This document shows, in pieces, positions 30,155 through 40,640 of a stretch of 64,000 nt of DNA. Position numbers and translations under genes: made by a program. Each line of letters starts with the position of its first letter. Position 1 is the first letter of the stretch. Origin of the DNA: Thermoplasmatales archaeon (GTDB taxonomy: Archaea; Thermoplasmatota; Thermoplasmata; Thermoplasmatales; Thermoplasmataceae); the NCBI GenBank assembly GCA_027310185.1, contig DAIDBH010000006.1:160001-224000 (forward strand), in the 5' to 3' direction. The notes under the pieces were generated by a model. That model did not search any database, had not been told where the DNA came from, and saw only the letters and a list, made by a program, of their open reading frames with translations.

Positions 30155-31096
30155 GTGATGGAGAACAAATACTCGCAGGTTTACAAGAAGCAGCATTATG
30201 GCCTTGTAGGAAAACATTCAGCAGTAAAGGTATGCCACTGGACAAAAAGTGAAATGACTGGTGGCGCATCCTGCTATAAGGGGACGTTTTATGGAATAAA
30301 CTCACATCAATGCATTCAGATGACCCCTGCTCTCAATTCATGCACTGAAAATTGTTCATTTTGCTGGAGATTCAATGGGTTTGACAGCATGCATATTGGG
30401 GACGAGGATGACCCGGAATTCATATTGAATGAAAGCATAAAAGCACACTTGAAATTGATTTCAGGGTTCAAGGGTAATCCGAAGGTAACCGAAGAAAAGT
30501 GGAAGGAAGCGTCAAATCCAAAGCACATTGCCATATCACTCACGGGAGAACCCACTCTTTACACAAGGCTGGGCGAATTCATAGAGCTGGCCCATAAAAG
30601 AGGTATGTCAACCTTCCTCGTGACCAATGGAACCCTTCCGATGGTTCTTGAGAAACTTCACCCATTACCCACCCAGCTCTATGTGACGACAGCTGGACCT
30701 GATAAGAAAACATTCAATGAACTCCTGAATCCAGCCATGGGAAATGCATGGGAAAATTTCCAGAAAACGCTTGAGCTCATGCCATCACTGGATACAAGAA
30801 AGGTTATAAGACACACACTTGTCAAGGATTTCAACATGCCATTTATTGATGAATATGCAAGGATGGATAGTATTGCGCAACCTGATTTCATAGAATCAAA
30901 GGGTTATGTACATGTTGGACAATCCATAGCAAGGCTATCTATAGATAACATGCCATCGCATAATGATATCATGGACTTTACCGTAAAACTTGGTGAGAAG
31001 GTTGGATATGAAGTAGTTGCGGAAAGAAGGGAGAGCAGGGTATCATTGCTTGCAAAAGATCCATCCAAGGCAAAAATAGATTTTAACAGCATTTAA
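30155..31096 (+). CDS. taw1: 4-demethylwyosine synthase (radical SAM, TYW1/Taw1)
   Basis: HSAVKVCHWTK, CYK..FYGINSHQCIQMTP, CTENCSFCWR, HIAISLTGEPTLY, FLVTNG. Confidence 0.95.
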   Translation: MMENKYSQVYKKQHYGLVGKHSAVKVCHWTKSEMTGGASCYKGTFYGINSHQCIQMTPALNSCTENCSFCWRFNGFDSMHIGDEDDPEFILNESIKAHLKLISGFKGNPKVTEEKWKEASNPKHIAISLTGEPTLYTRLGEFIELAHKRGMSTFLVTNGTLPMVLEKLHPLPTQLYVTTAGPDKKTFNELLNPAMGNAWENFQKTLELMPSLDTRKVIRHTLVKDFNMPFIDEYARMDSIAQPDFIESKGYVHVGQSIARLSIDNMPSHNDIMDFTVKLGEKVGYEVVAERRESRVSLLAKDPSKAKIDFNSI

Positions 31097-31136
31097 ACAC
31101 ATACTTATTTTTATTCCATAAAAGAATACACTGTGG

Positions 31137-32330
31137 ATGTTAGATTATACTTTTACTGAGGAGCAGGAACTGTTGAGGACTACAGTTAGAGAATTCTGCA
31201 ACAGGGAGATAAAGCCAAGAATTAAGGATATGATAAAAAACAGAAGGATTCCTTCTGAAATTATAAAGGGAATGGCTGAACTTGGAATACTCGGAATGAC
31301 CATACCTGAGAAATATGGAGGGCCAGGTTACGACGCGGTGACTGTAGGTATAGTTGCTGAGGAAATCGGAAGAGCAGATCCTACAGTTTCAATACCGGTA
31401 TTTTTTCTTGTTGACAATGCATGGTCATATCTCATTTCAAAATATGGATCTGAAAGGTTAAAGACAGAATTTCTGCCAGATGTGGCTAAAGGCAGGAAGA
31501 TAATTGGAATTGCATCAACAGAACCAAATTTTGGATCTGATGTTGCATCCATGACCACTGTGGCGAAAAAAAGTAGCAGAGGTTATTTGGTTAATGGTGA
31601 AAAAAGTTACATAAGCCTTGTGCGCGACATAAAGGAGATGGGAGGTGGGTACGTAACGGTAACAAAGACTGCTCCTGAGAAACCCGGTACCTCTGGAACT
31701 TCCCTCATATTCCTCCCTTATTCTGAAGGGCATTTTGATATAACCTATCTTGAAGAAATGGGCAGAGAAGGTTCAAGCTGGGGTGCATTCAGGATAAAAG
31801 ATTATGAGGTTCCCGAGCACTACCTTATAGGAAAGGAGAATGAGGGTTTCAAGATTATCCATGAGGGATTTGAATTTGCAAGAGCCCTGATTTCAGTAAT
31901 AAGTGCGGGAACTGCGCTGGAATCCATAAACAGAGGAATAGAATACATGAAGCAGAGGGTGGCCTTTGGAAAACCTCTTACCAAATTCCAGGGACTCCAG
32001 TTCCAGGTCGCGGACAATGTGGCAAAAATGGAAACTGCACTGGATATGGGGTACAGGGCATTGTGGGTATATGACCAGGAACAGAAATACCATAAGTTCA
32101 CAAGATTCCAGGTAAGCAAGGAAATAGCCAAGGCCAAGCTACTCTCAACAACGTGGGGATTTGACGCAGTGAATGATGCATTGCAATGGCAGGGAGCCTT
32201 TGGGTATTCAACAGATTGTCCCGAAGAATATTCTCTAAGGGGTATCAGATCTTTCCAGCTTGCAGAAGGCTCAAGGGAAATAATGAAACAGATCATTGCG
32301 AGAGAATCTATAGGAAAAGAATATATCTGA
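31137..32330 (+). CDS. Acyl-CoA dehydrogenase
   Basis: TEPNFGSDV, NGEKSYIS, RVAFGKPLTKFQGLQF, LQWQGAFGY, AEGSREIM. Confidence 0.93.
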   Translation: MLDYTFTEEQELLRTTVREFCNREIKPRIKDMIKNRRIPSEIIKGMAELGILGMTIPEKYGGPGYDAVTVGIVAEEIGRADPTVSIPVFFLVDNAWSYLISKYGSERLKTEFLPDVAKGRKIIGIASTEPNFGSDVASMTTVAKKSSRGYLVNGEKSYISLVRDIKEMGGGYVTVTKTAPEKPGTSGTSLIFLPYSEGHFDITYLEEMGREGSSWGAFRIKDYEVPEHYLIGKENEGFKIIHEGFEFARALISVISAGTALESINRGIEYMKQRVAFGKPLTKFQGLQFQVADNVAKMETALDMGYRALWVYDQEQKYHKFTRFQVSKEIAKAKLLSTTWGFDAVNDALQWQGAFGYSTDCPEEYSLRGIRSFQLAEGSREIMKQIIARESIGKEYI

Positions 32331-32433
32331 AGAAATAAACCCTATTTTTAAAATCCTCTGACATGAGCAATTTCTTCACCGTGTTAAGTTCGTGGTGAGA
32401 CTGTCATTAACTGAAGGAAAACTACTTCTTAAA

Positions 32434-33936
32434 TTACTGATTTTTCCTGGGTATCACATTCCTTATAAGTAATTTTATCTGGCCAGCGGTTATTTCCTTG
32501 AAGAATAAACTCATCATCAGGTATATGAACAGACTTAACAGTATTACTGGAAACAGGATTATGAATGAATAAGGCCTTATATAAATTGCAGAAAGTAGTA
32601 GGAGAACTCCACTTGGAAATGCTACAACTATATGAATGAGAGTGGTGGACCTTGTTCTTGTCTCGTTTATCTTCCTGAAATATTCCTTGTAGAGAAAATA
32701 AACTAGAAAATTGGCAGCCGTATAACTTATGGTGGCACCTTCAACACCAAGGGAACCCAGCCTGATTCCAAGAATGCTTGTTGGTATCAGGATTACATTT
32801 AGTATTATGTTGAGGATTATTCCACTTAATGATATCCATGCAACCATATGCTGCTTTCCCTTAGATATTATGGAACTTGAAAATGGATATGTTAATGCAC
32901 CAACATATCCCCCAACTGCTATTATACTGAGTGATGTTGCATACATCAGATATCTTGCGTTGTATATATTCAGGATGAATGGAGACAGGAAGAACAGTAT
33001 CATTGCAAATGGTGCTGAGATAAGCGAAAGGATTCTTTCATATTCCATTATTTTAGTGTTCTGGATCTCTTTAGTATCCTCCAGATTCCTCATGAGTAAA
33101 GGAAGAATGAAGATAGTGACAGGACCTGTAAGAGTTGCAATTATGGATATCAGTTTCTGATCTGTGTAAAGCGCCCCTGTTGCCACGGCTCCCCAGTAGA
33201 ACTGGACTATGATTTTATCAATGTTTCCATTTACGATGCCTATACTTGTTGCAAATGCCAGTGGAATTGCAAATCTTATGTACTTTTTAATCGTTTCAAA
33301 TGCTGGTTTTCTGAAAATCCAGGGACGACCGTGCAACCAGAGGAGTATGATATAGATCAGGTATGAAAGACTGTACAGAGAAGCGAGTATTACTGTAATT
33401 TGTGCACCCAGAGACCCTTCGATATGAAGATAGTACAGGACTCCTATTCCGATGAAGATGGAGTTCCTGAAAACTGACTCTATCAATCTAGGAATTGCTA
33501 TGTTGTATGATTGCATATTAGCCTTGTAATAATTGTTGAAAACTGGCATGATGTTCAATATGGTATAGTAAGGAATGATTGCAATAATGGTCCAGAATTC
33601 TATGGGGTTCTGAAAACCTCTCCTCAATACATCTGTCCAGAAGAATAGGGAACCCAAAACCACACCTATGTATATCAGATTCAATACCACTTTTATTACA
33701 AGATATGCACCCATATCCTCTGCCTTGTCACCTTGGCCAGATATGAATTTTACATATGTTGTATTGAAACCAAGGTCCGTAACTAATGAAAAAAGAGCAC
33801 CAAACGCAAGAGCATAACTGAGATATCCCCAGTAGACTGGACCTATGTAACGGTTTATGAAAAAAAGTGCAATATATCCTAATAGTGAAGAAATAAAGGT
33901 TTGAAAAAATATAGCTGGAGATTTATTAGAGAGCAA
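32434..33936 (-). CDS. Oligosaccharide flippase (Wzx/RfbX, MOP superfamily)
   Basis: RYIGP..WG, TDLGF, FAIPL..NIDKIIV, NIILNVILIP..LGVEGA; about 14 TM segments. Confidence 0.85.
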   Translation of the reverse strand: MLSNKSPAIFFQTFISSLLGYIALFFINRYIGPVYWGYLSYALAFGALFSLVTDLGFNTTYVKFISGQGDKAEDMGAYLVIKVVLNLIYIGVVLGSLFFWTDVLRRGFQNPIEFWTIIAIIPYYTILNIMPVFNNYYKANMQSYNIAIPRLIESVFRNSIFIGIGVLYYLHIEGSLGAQITVILASLYSLSYLIYIILLWLHGRPWIFRKPAFETIKKYIRFAIPLAFATSIGIVNGNIDKIIVQFYWGAVATGALYTDQKLISIIATLTGPVTIFILPLLMRNLEDTKEIQNTKIMEYERILSLISAPFAMILFFLSPFILNIYNARYLMYATSLSIIAVGGYVGALTYPFSSSIISKGKQHMVAWISLSGIILNIILNVILIPTSILGIRLGSLGVEGATISYTAANFLVYFLYKEYFRKINETRTRSTTLIHIVVAFPSGVLLLLSAIYIRPYSFIILFPVILLSLFIYLMMSLFFKEITAGQIKLLIRNVIPRKNQ

Positions 33937-33975
33937 TTTAGCGTATATTAAAAGGTTGTATTAATAGTTTAAAGA

Positions 33976-35604
33976 TTAATCTTCCCCGCCCATTCCGCCG
34001 GGTGCTCCGCCTGGAGGTGAGGCGCTGCCTGATCCCTTTGTTGCAATGACATCATCTATTCTCAGGATCATCACGGCTGCTTCAGTTGCTGCATCAATTG
34101 CCTGCCTTCCAACTCTGATAGGCTCAATGATTCCTGCTTTTGTCATATCCTCTATTTCTCCTGTATAGAGATTGAGGCCGTATGATACCTTTCCCTTTGC
34201 ATGAGCGGTCCTCAGGTTAATCAGTATATCTATTGCATTTATACCAGCATTTTCAGCAAGTGCTCTTGGTATCTCTTCCATTGCATTTGCAAATTTCTCT
34301 ATGGCGAGCTGCTGCCTGCCTCCAACCTGAGTTGCATAATCCCTCATCTTTACGGCAATCTCAACAGCTGATGCTCCACCACCAGCAACATATTTACCAT
34401 CTTCAATTACTGCTGCAACAACATGTATAGAATCGACCATTGATCTTTCGATTTCATCAACAACGTGCTCAGTTCCTCCTCTGATGAGAAGACTCACTGC
34501 CTTTGGATTCTTGCATCCTGTAACGAAGGTCATGTAGTCGTCTCCGATCTTTACCTGTTCCACTGATGCAGCGTTTCCCAGATCTGAGGATGATAGTTCA
34601 TCAACGGATGAAGCGATTGATGCACCGGTAGCCTTTGATAACTTCTCAATGTCGCTCTTCTTGACTCTCCTCACTGCATAGATTCCTTCCTTTGAAAGGT
34701 AATGCTGAGCCAGGTCGTCAATTCCTTTCTGCGTGATGAGAACATTTGCACCTGTTTCCTTAACTTTCCTGACCATTTCCTTGAGCATCTGTTCTTCCTG
34801 AGAAAGAAACTTCTGGATCATGGTTGGGTCATCAATCTTCAGATTTGTGTCAAATTCTGGTTTCTTGATTTCCAGTGCTGCGTCCATAACGGCGATCTTT
34901 GCGTTCTTCACTTCATCTGGCATGCCAGGATGAACTTTCTCCTTATCAACAATTATACCGTATATGAGTTCAGTATCGTCAATGTCTCCTCCCTGCTTCT
35001 TGACAATCTGGACATTGTCCATGTCTACCTTGTATCCATCTTCGGTCTTCTCTGCTACAGCCTTTATTGTTTCGTATGATATGTCAGCCAACTTGACTTT
35101 GCTCCCTGTTGCAGACTTGCTGCTTAGGGAGGTTTCTGCCATCTTAACGATCTTTGCCTTATCGTCAATCTTCACTGGGGTACTGGCAGCTTCCAGAATA
35201 TCCTTGGCTTTCTGGGCAGCCATTCTGTATCCCTCTGCAATAACTGTTGGATGGACATTCTGGTTTATCAGTGATTCAGCTTCCTGAAGTAATGCACCAG
35301 CTATTATAACTGCTGTTGTTGTTCCATCTCCAACCATTGAATCCTGTGTCTTTGATACTTCAACCATCATTTTTGCTGCTGGGTGTTCTACATCCATTTC
35401 CTTCAGAATTGTGACTCCATCGTTTGTTATGACGATATCTCCAAGTGAATCTACAAGCATCTTGTCCATTCCTCTTGGGCCCAGACTTGTTCTTACTGCT
35501 GCAGCGATACCCTTTGCAGCGTCAATATTGGCCTTCATCGCGTCTCTTCCGGTTTCTCTTTTGGAACCTTCTTTTAATATGAATATTGGTTGTCCTCCCA
35601 TCAT
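33976..35604 (-). CDS. thsB: Thermosome (group II chaperonin) subunit beta
   Basis: [41 protein letters not shown]; closest to the recalled Thermoplasma beta subunit; true start at 35604. Confidence 0.93.
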   Translation of the reverse strand: MMGGQPIFILKEGSKRETGRDAMKANIDAAKGIAAAVRTSLGPRGMDKMLVDSLGDIVITNDGVTILKEMDVEHPAAKMMVEVSKTQDSMVGDGTTTAVIIAGALLQEAESLINQNVHPTVIAEGYRMAAQKAKDILEAASTPVKIDDKAKIVKMAETSLSSKSATGSKVKLADISYETIKAVAEKTEDGYKVDMDNVQIVKKQGGDIDDTELIYGIIVDKEKVHPGMPDEVKNAKIAVMDAALEIKKPEFDTNLKIDDPTMIQKFLSQEEQMLKEMVRKVKETGANVLITQKGIDDLAQHYLSKEGIYAVRRVKKSDIEKLSKATGASIASSVDELSSSDLGNAASVEQVKIGDDYMTFVTGCKNPKAVSLLIRGGTEHVVDEIERSMVDSIHVVAAVIEDGKYVAGGGASAVEIAVKMRDYATQVGGRQQLAIEKFANAMEEIPRALAENAGINAIDILINLRTAHAKGKVSYGLNLYTGEIEDMTKAGIIEPIRVGRQAIDAATEAAVMILRIDDVIATKGSGSASPPGGAPGGMGGED

Positions 35605-35746
35605 TGTAATCACATAGTAAAAATAAACTTCTATATAAACATTTTTAGAATTATACTGTTTATTTAACATAAGGTTAGTATCATGAAAAACAGAATTCAC
35701 ATTATATATTGCAGATACAAGACTTGAAAAAGATAATTTATCTCCA

Positions 35747-36235
35747 ATGCATAATGACAGTATGGCTGCCAGAAATGAAACAGCAGTGAGCATACTTCTG
35801 AGTCATAATCAAATACTCCTCCTGAAAAGAAAGGCCAGATCAGATGATCCGTGGTCAGGAGATATGTGCTTTCCTGGTGGATTCGTCAAGGAGGGGGAAA
35901 CACCATATATGGCATCATTGAGGGAACTTAGGGAGGAGACGGGAATAGAACAACACTTTGTCTCCTTTCAATTTGAACATAAGGTATTCCATCCTGTGAG
36001 ATCATCATCAATAAACGTACATCCGTTCGTATATTTGTGTAAGGAGATTATGCCAATCAATCCAGATTCAGAAATTGAAAGAGGTGGGTGGTATATGCTT
36101 GGATCAGAAGTGAAATCGCATGATGAGAGGATGGGTGACTATATCAAATGGAATGGAGATATCATATGGGGACTCACTTTCAGGATATACGACAGCCTGA
36201 AGGAAATTCTATACGAAATGGGTAGAAAAGACTGA
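35747..36235 (+). CDS. NUDIX hydrolase (CoA pyrophosphatase-like)
   Basis: DPWSGDMCFPGG...LRELREETG; IIWGLTFRI. Confidence 0.85.
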   Translation: MHNDSMAARNETAVSILLSHNQILLLKRKARSDDPWSGDMCFPGGFVKEGETPYMASLRELREETGIEQHFVSFQFEHKVFHPVRSSSINVHPFVYLCKEIMPINPDSEIERGGWYMLGSEVKSHDERMGDYIKWNGDIIWGLTFRIYDSLKEILYEMGRKD

Positions 36236-36267
36236 CTGTGATCATCTTTATTTGACTTCCGCTAAGT

Positions 36268-37263
36268 TTACTGCTCCTCACTGGTGATAAATGTTCCCCT
36301 TATGGTTGGCTTTACCCTGACCACAAAATCGGAAAGTCCCATGAGAGAACGTTGCAGTTCCCATAATCTATCAGGTTTACCAATTGCCAGTACAAATCCC
36401 TGGTTCCCTCCTCCGAGAAGACGTGCACAGTCTGCACCGCTTTTCAGGGCAGTGCTTATTATGTTATTCACCGCACTGCTTGTAACCTTTTCACTCAGTG
36501 TCTTCTTCACATTCCATCCCTCGTTGATCAGTTCCGTGAATGTTATGTAATCTTCTTCCTGCACTGATTTTACAAGTCTGGCTGTCAGATCACTTATCTT
36601 CTGCAGCTTCTCGATTGTTCCTGAATCATTCTTTGATGACTTTTCAACCTGGTTCTTCAAAACCTCGGAACTTTCCCTTGTGCCTCCAGTGTAACATATG
36701 AGCATTCCTTCACCGATCCTATCCAGGAATTCGTTTCCCTCAAATTTTTTTACCTTGATATCAATTCCGTCAGATTCCATGTACTTGAATCCTCCAAGAG
36801 ATATGGCGTATGGATCCTGAATGCCGAGGGTTATTCCAAAGAAATTCCTCTCCTTTTCATATGAAACCCTTGCAAGTTGCATCGGGTCTTCGTATTCATT
36901 CCTGATCTCCAGGATGATCCTCATCAGTGCGGTGATCATTGCGCTTGATGAAGCAAGGCCTGAACCTGGCGGTACCTCCCCATTTATATAGATCTTTCCA
37001 TTCTTAATCCCATAATCTGATAGAAGGTCCAGGATCTTGTTCTGGAAGCTTTTGCCATGCCCATTTCCCATTATAACAGTTTTGAGGAAGTCTCTTGATG
37101 ATACCTCCAGGGGATAACTGTCAGGTGTATAGATCACCTGTACACCATGATCTATGGTGGTGTTGAATACCCTGCTTCCATGCTGTTCAAGGAAAGGGGA
37201 AATATCCGTGCCACCGCCAAGAAAACTCACCCTCAGAGGACTGTATGAGACTAACCTTTTCAC
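36268..37263 (-). CDS. GHMP-family sugar kinase (HddA heptose-7-phosphate kinase-like)
   Basis: SPLRVSFLGGGTD, VPPGSGLASSSA, GIQDPYAISLGG, LLGGGNQGF. Confidence 0.85.
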   Translation of the reverse strand: MKRLVSYSPLRVSFLGGGTDISPFLEQHGSRVFNTTIDHGVQVIYTPDSYPLEVSSRDFLKTVIMGNGHGKSFQNKILDLLSDYGIKNGKIYINGEVPPGSGLASSSAMITALMRIILEIRNEYEDPMQLARVSYEKERNFFGITLGIQDPYAISLGGFKYMESDGIDIKVKKFEGNEFLDRIGEGMLICYTGGTRESSEVLKNQVEKSSKNDSGTIEKLQKISDLTARLVKSVQEEDYITFTELINEGWNVKKTLSEKVTSSAVNNIISTALKSGADCARLLGGGNQGFVLAIGKPDRLWELQRSLMGLSDFVVRVKPTIRGTFITSEEQ

Positions 37264-37340
37264 TTCAGGAAATTTCTTTCTGATATATTGAAATGATCTA
37301 TGGAAGAAATTATTAACCAGTCAAGCAATGCTGAAATTAA

Positions 37341-38687
37341 ATGGGCATATTGAATGAAGAACTCAGACCTAAGACATTCGACCAGGTTTTTCTCATAAAG
37401 GAGGATAGAGCTAAAATACAGGCATGGGCTGATTCATGGGATAATGGCAAACCGGAGAAGAGAGGTCTCATACTTGCAGGACCACCAGGACTGGGAAAGA
37501 CTTCCATAGCATATGCTCTTTCCAACAGCAAGGGCTGGGATATTATTGAGATAAATGGATCGGAGGGGAGAACCGAAGATTTCATTAAACGAACCATTGG
37601 AATGTTTTCCCTCTACAAGGACCTTACGTGGGATGACGCAGAAGGGAGCAGGAAAAAAGCAGGGCTCATTGATGAAGCGGACAATATCTATGAAAGGAGT
37701 ACAAAGGGGGGAACTGGTGAAAGTGGAGGATACAAAGCGATTGTGGATATCCTGAGGAACACCTCCATTCCCATAATCATCACGATGAATGATTTTGCTA
37801 ATTTCCGTTACAGGAAAGGAACAAATGCTGCGACCATAATCAACCTGTGCGAAGTTGTGGAAATAAAGAAGATATTTTCAAGGAAAGGAGGTACAGAGTA
37901 TAGGAACATTGTAACGACCCTCTCTTCAAGAATAATAGAAACTAGCGGGAAGCTAGGACTCAAGCCCCAGAAAGTGACACTGGAAAAAATCATTGAAGGA
38001 GATTTGCCGGATATAAGGGCTTCAATAAATGATGCGGAAGCCTATGTATTCTCACAGTCTGACTCTCTTATAAGTGCCGGAAACAGGGATGAACAGTCGA
38101 TTATTTGGGACACTCTTTCTGGAATATTTCACAGGGACAGCTATTCAGATAATGTTACCCTTATAGACAACTCAGATTCGGACTCGGGTCAGATTCTTCT
38201 CTGGATATCCCAGAATGTTTTTTCCCAGGCAAAAAATCTTGAAAGCGCTCTTGATGCTTTCGATTACGTATCGGTGATTGACCAGATGGACTGGTTTGCA
38301 CACAGGCATAATTACTACAGAATGCTTGTTTATGTGAAAGATCTTGAGGCATTGTTTGCAACGAGATTTAAGGGCAAAACTGGTGTGTTCATTCCATTCA
38401 AGTTCTCGAACTACCTGAGCCAGATGAGCAAAACAAAAAAGAGCAGGGGGGCGAGGAACCAGGTTGCACAGGACCTTTCAAAAATATTGCATATCTCAAG
38501 GGAAGAGGCTTATGAAATGAGGGGAGTTTTGAAAGTTATGTCAAGGTTGAGAAAGGGATTCCAGAGTGAGCTTGTGAATTACATAAACACTGAAATTGAA
38601 AAACATAATTCTATGTTTGTTTCTGGCGGAAATTTCAAGGAGATAGAACCCCTTGATCTAAATGATCTGGAGATGTTCATCGATTAG
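37341..38687 (+). CDS. rfcL: Replication factor C large subunit
   Basis: RPKTFDQV, Walker A GPPGLGKTS, IEINGSEGR, Walker B LIDEADNI, GDLPDIRASIND; PIP-like C-terminus. Confidence 0.85.
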   Translation: MGILNEELRPKTFDQVFLIKEDRAKIQAWADSWDNGKPEKRGLILAGPPGLGKTSIAYALSNSKGWDIIEINGSEGRTEDFIKRTIGMFSLYKDLTWDDAEGSRKKAGLIDEADNIYERSTKGGTGESGGYKAIVDILRNTSIPIIITMNDFANFRYRKGTNAATIINLCEVVEIKKIFSRKGGTEYRNIVTTLSSRIIETSGKLGLKPQKVTLEKIIEGDLPDIRASINDAEAYVFSQSDSLISAGNRDEQSIIWDTLSGIFHRDSYSDNVTLIDNSDSDSGQILLWISQNVFSQAKNLESALDAFDYVSVIDQMDWFAHRHNYYRMLVYVKDLEALFATRFKGKTGVFIPFKFSNYLSQMSKTKKSRGARNQVAQDLSKILHISREEAYEMRGVLKVMSRLRKGFQSELVNYINTEIEKHNSMFVSGGNFKEIEPLDLNDLEMFID

Positions 38688-38957
38688 TGTTGTCATTTTT
38701 CTCTTGCATTTCTTTATTGTTCCACTGACCGTTATTATCTTGACCCCCTTGATTCTCTGTTCTACAAAAGTGCATAGCTGATCCTTGAGGAACTGGTCAG
38801 TCTTGATGATAATGAAGGAGCTGTCCCTGAATTTTTCCCTTGTGTTGAAAATCCTCCTGCATTCCATTGAAAGGTAATCTGCTGATTTCATTTCTGAAAA
38901 CTCTATGAGAACATATCTTTTTCTGTAGGGAGACCCTTTCACGTTTCCACATATCAA
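38658..38957 (-). CDS. RNase P protein Pop5/Rpp14 (short form)
   Basis: RKRYVLIEF near the N-terminus and IITVSGTIKKCKRK near the C-terminus; next to rpl15e. Confidence 0.75.
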   Translation of the reverse strand: MICGNVKGSPYRKRYVLIEFSEMKSADYLSMECRRIFNTREKFRDSSFIIIKTDQFLKDQLCTFVEQRIKGVKIITVSGTIKKCKRKMTTLIDEHLQII

Positions 38958-39107
38958 AATATTTAAAAATGCTTTTGATTGTTTACCTCATTTACTAAAC
39001 GGAATCGTGTAATCTGGTTAGCTGAAATAGAATTTAGATCTACAATTACCATAAAATTATTTATTATAGCTTCATATCACCATTACATTACTTAAGGGTA
39101 GAAAGAA

Positions 39108-39704
39108 ATGGTTAATCATTCAAATCTATATGGCAAAATCGCAGAAACGTGGAAGAATCCAAAGAAGTCTGAAATCCTGTTGTTTCAGAGGGAAAGGATG
39201 ATAGACTGGAGGAAAGGAAATTCCATAGAAAGACTGGAACATCCAACCAGACTGGATAGGGCAAGATCACTTGGATATAAGGCAAAGATCGGATATATAG
39301 TAGTAAGATCAAGAGTCAGAAGAGGAGGGTCCAACAGACCTAAAATAATGGGAGGAAGGAGACCGAGAAGACTGGCATACAGCAAGCTCACAAGAAAAAA
39401 GAGCATCCAGTGGATTGCAGAGGAAAGAGCTGCAGATAAATATCCGAATACTGAAGTTCTGAACTCCTATTACGTGGGTGAAGACGGGTTCTACAAGTAT
39501 TATGAGATAATTCTAGTAGATAAAAACCAGCCAACGATCTACAAGGACAACAGAATTTCATGGATCTCAGAACCACAGAACAAGGGCAGGGTTTACAGGG
39601 GTCTCACTTCAGCAGGTTACAAGGGTAGAGGGCTGAGGACTGGAAGACAGGGATCAGCAAAAAGCAGACCCTCAATAAGGGCAAATGACAGACTGAGAAG
39701 ATAA
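39108..39704 (+). CDS. rpl15e: 50S ribosomal protein L15e
   Basis: [42 protein letters not shown]. Confidence 0.98.
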   Translation: MVNHSNLYGKIAETWKNPKKSEILLFQRERMIDWRKGNSIERLEHPTRLDRARSLGYKAKIGYIVVRSRVRRGGSNRPKIMGGRRPRRLAYSKLTRKKSIQWIAEERAADKYPNTEVLNSYYVGEDGFYKYYEIILVDKNQPTIYKDNRISWISEPQNKGRVYRGLTSAGYKGRGLRTGRQGSAKSRPSIRANDRLRR

Positions 39705-39771
39705 GATATTTTCTCAGTTCTTGATCTTGCAGTATATTGTTTGCATTTGAATTGATTTAACATACAGATTT

Positions 39772-39853
39772 GCCGGGGTGGCCCAGTGGTACGGCGCCAG
39801 ACTTGAGATCTGGTTCCCTTTGTGGATCGGGAGTTCGAATCTCTCTCCCGGCG
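39772..39853 (+). tRNA. tRNA-Ser(TGA)
   Basis: Acceptor GCCGGGG/TCCCGGC; anticodon arm CCAGA-CTTGAGA-TCTGG; extended variable arm; T arm GGGAG-TTCGAAT-CTCTC; G73; CCA not encoded. Confidence 0.95.
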
Positions 39854-39928
39854 CTTTTTAAGGCATTATGTCATTATTGAATTTTTAGTGATCGAATCGT
39901 TTATAATGGAAGTTGTGGTTAATTTAAG

Positions 39929-40501
39929 ATGAAGCATAGGAACCCATTGAGCGAAAAGGAAAAAATGATCTCCGGGGAATTATACCGTTCGAGCGATGCC
40001 CAGCTTATTGAAGAAAGAATGAGGGCAAGAACCATACTGAATGAATTCAACATAATTCCAGTAGGTAATGCTTCCAGAAGAATTCAAATCCTTGAAGCCT
40101 TTTTTGGAAAGGTAGGAAAAAATCCCTATATTGAACCTATTTTTTACTGTGACTATGGCTACAATATTGAGATTGGAGATGAGTTTTATGCAAATTATAA
40201 CTGTGTTATACTGGATGTCTGCAGGGTGACCATAGGAAGAAATGCTCTTCTCGGACCTTCTGTCCATATATATACGGCATCTCACCCACTGGAAAGTCAA
40301 AAAAGAATAAGTGGACTGGAGCTGGGAAAACCAGTGACCATAGGTGATGACGTATGGATTGGAGGTGGTGCCATAATAAATCCGGGAATCAGTATTGGAA
40401 ACAGATCCGTAATTGCTTCTGGTTCTGTGGTTACGAGAAATGTCCCTCCAGATGTATTAGTGGGAGGAAATCCAGCAAGACTTATAAAAAAAGTTTCCTG
40501 A
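39929..40501 (+). CDS. maa: Maltose/galactoside O-acetyltransferase (hexapeptide repeat)
   Basis: SEKEKMISGELY, CDYGYNI, ILDVC, YTASHP, GKPVTIGDDVWIGG, GNPAR. Confidence 0.9.
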   Translation: MKHRNPLSEKEKMISGELYRSSDAQLIEERMRARTILNEFNIIPVGNASRRIQILEAFFGKVGKNPYIEPIFYCDYGYNIEIGDEFYANYNCVILDVCRVTIGRNALLGPSVHIYTASHPLESQKRISGLELGKPVTIGDDVWIGGGAIINPGISIGNRSVIASGSVVTRNVPPDVLVGGNPARLIKKVS

Positions 40502-40640
40502 CATCCTCTCCATGCTAAAGTATCGGAGGTTCCTGATTCATAGAGTGGCAACTCGTAGACCTCCTTTTGAGAGTTCCGCTGCTGTAGCACTTTCCACAGG
40601 CGTGAATTTGGACATGTCCTGTCCTATTTTTATTAATCCC
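40480..40640 (-). ncRNA. Predicted TnpB omegaRNA/reRNA (scaffold overlapping tnpB 3' end and right end, plus flank-derived guide); boundaries approximate
   Basis: Inferred from established TnpB biology; right-end hairpin at about 40505-40529; guide predicted to begin GAAACTTTTTTTATAAG. Confidence 0.55.

Noticed and set aside
35605-35793. 63-aa N-terminal extension of the thermosome ORF (similar extensions on lig, mscS, ppa, pilin 2)
   Set aside because: Artefact of longest-ORF calling; the conserved N-termini begin at downstream ATGs.
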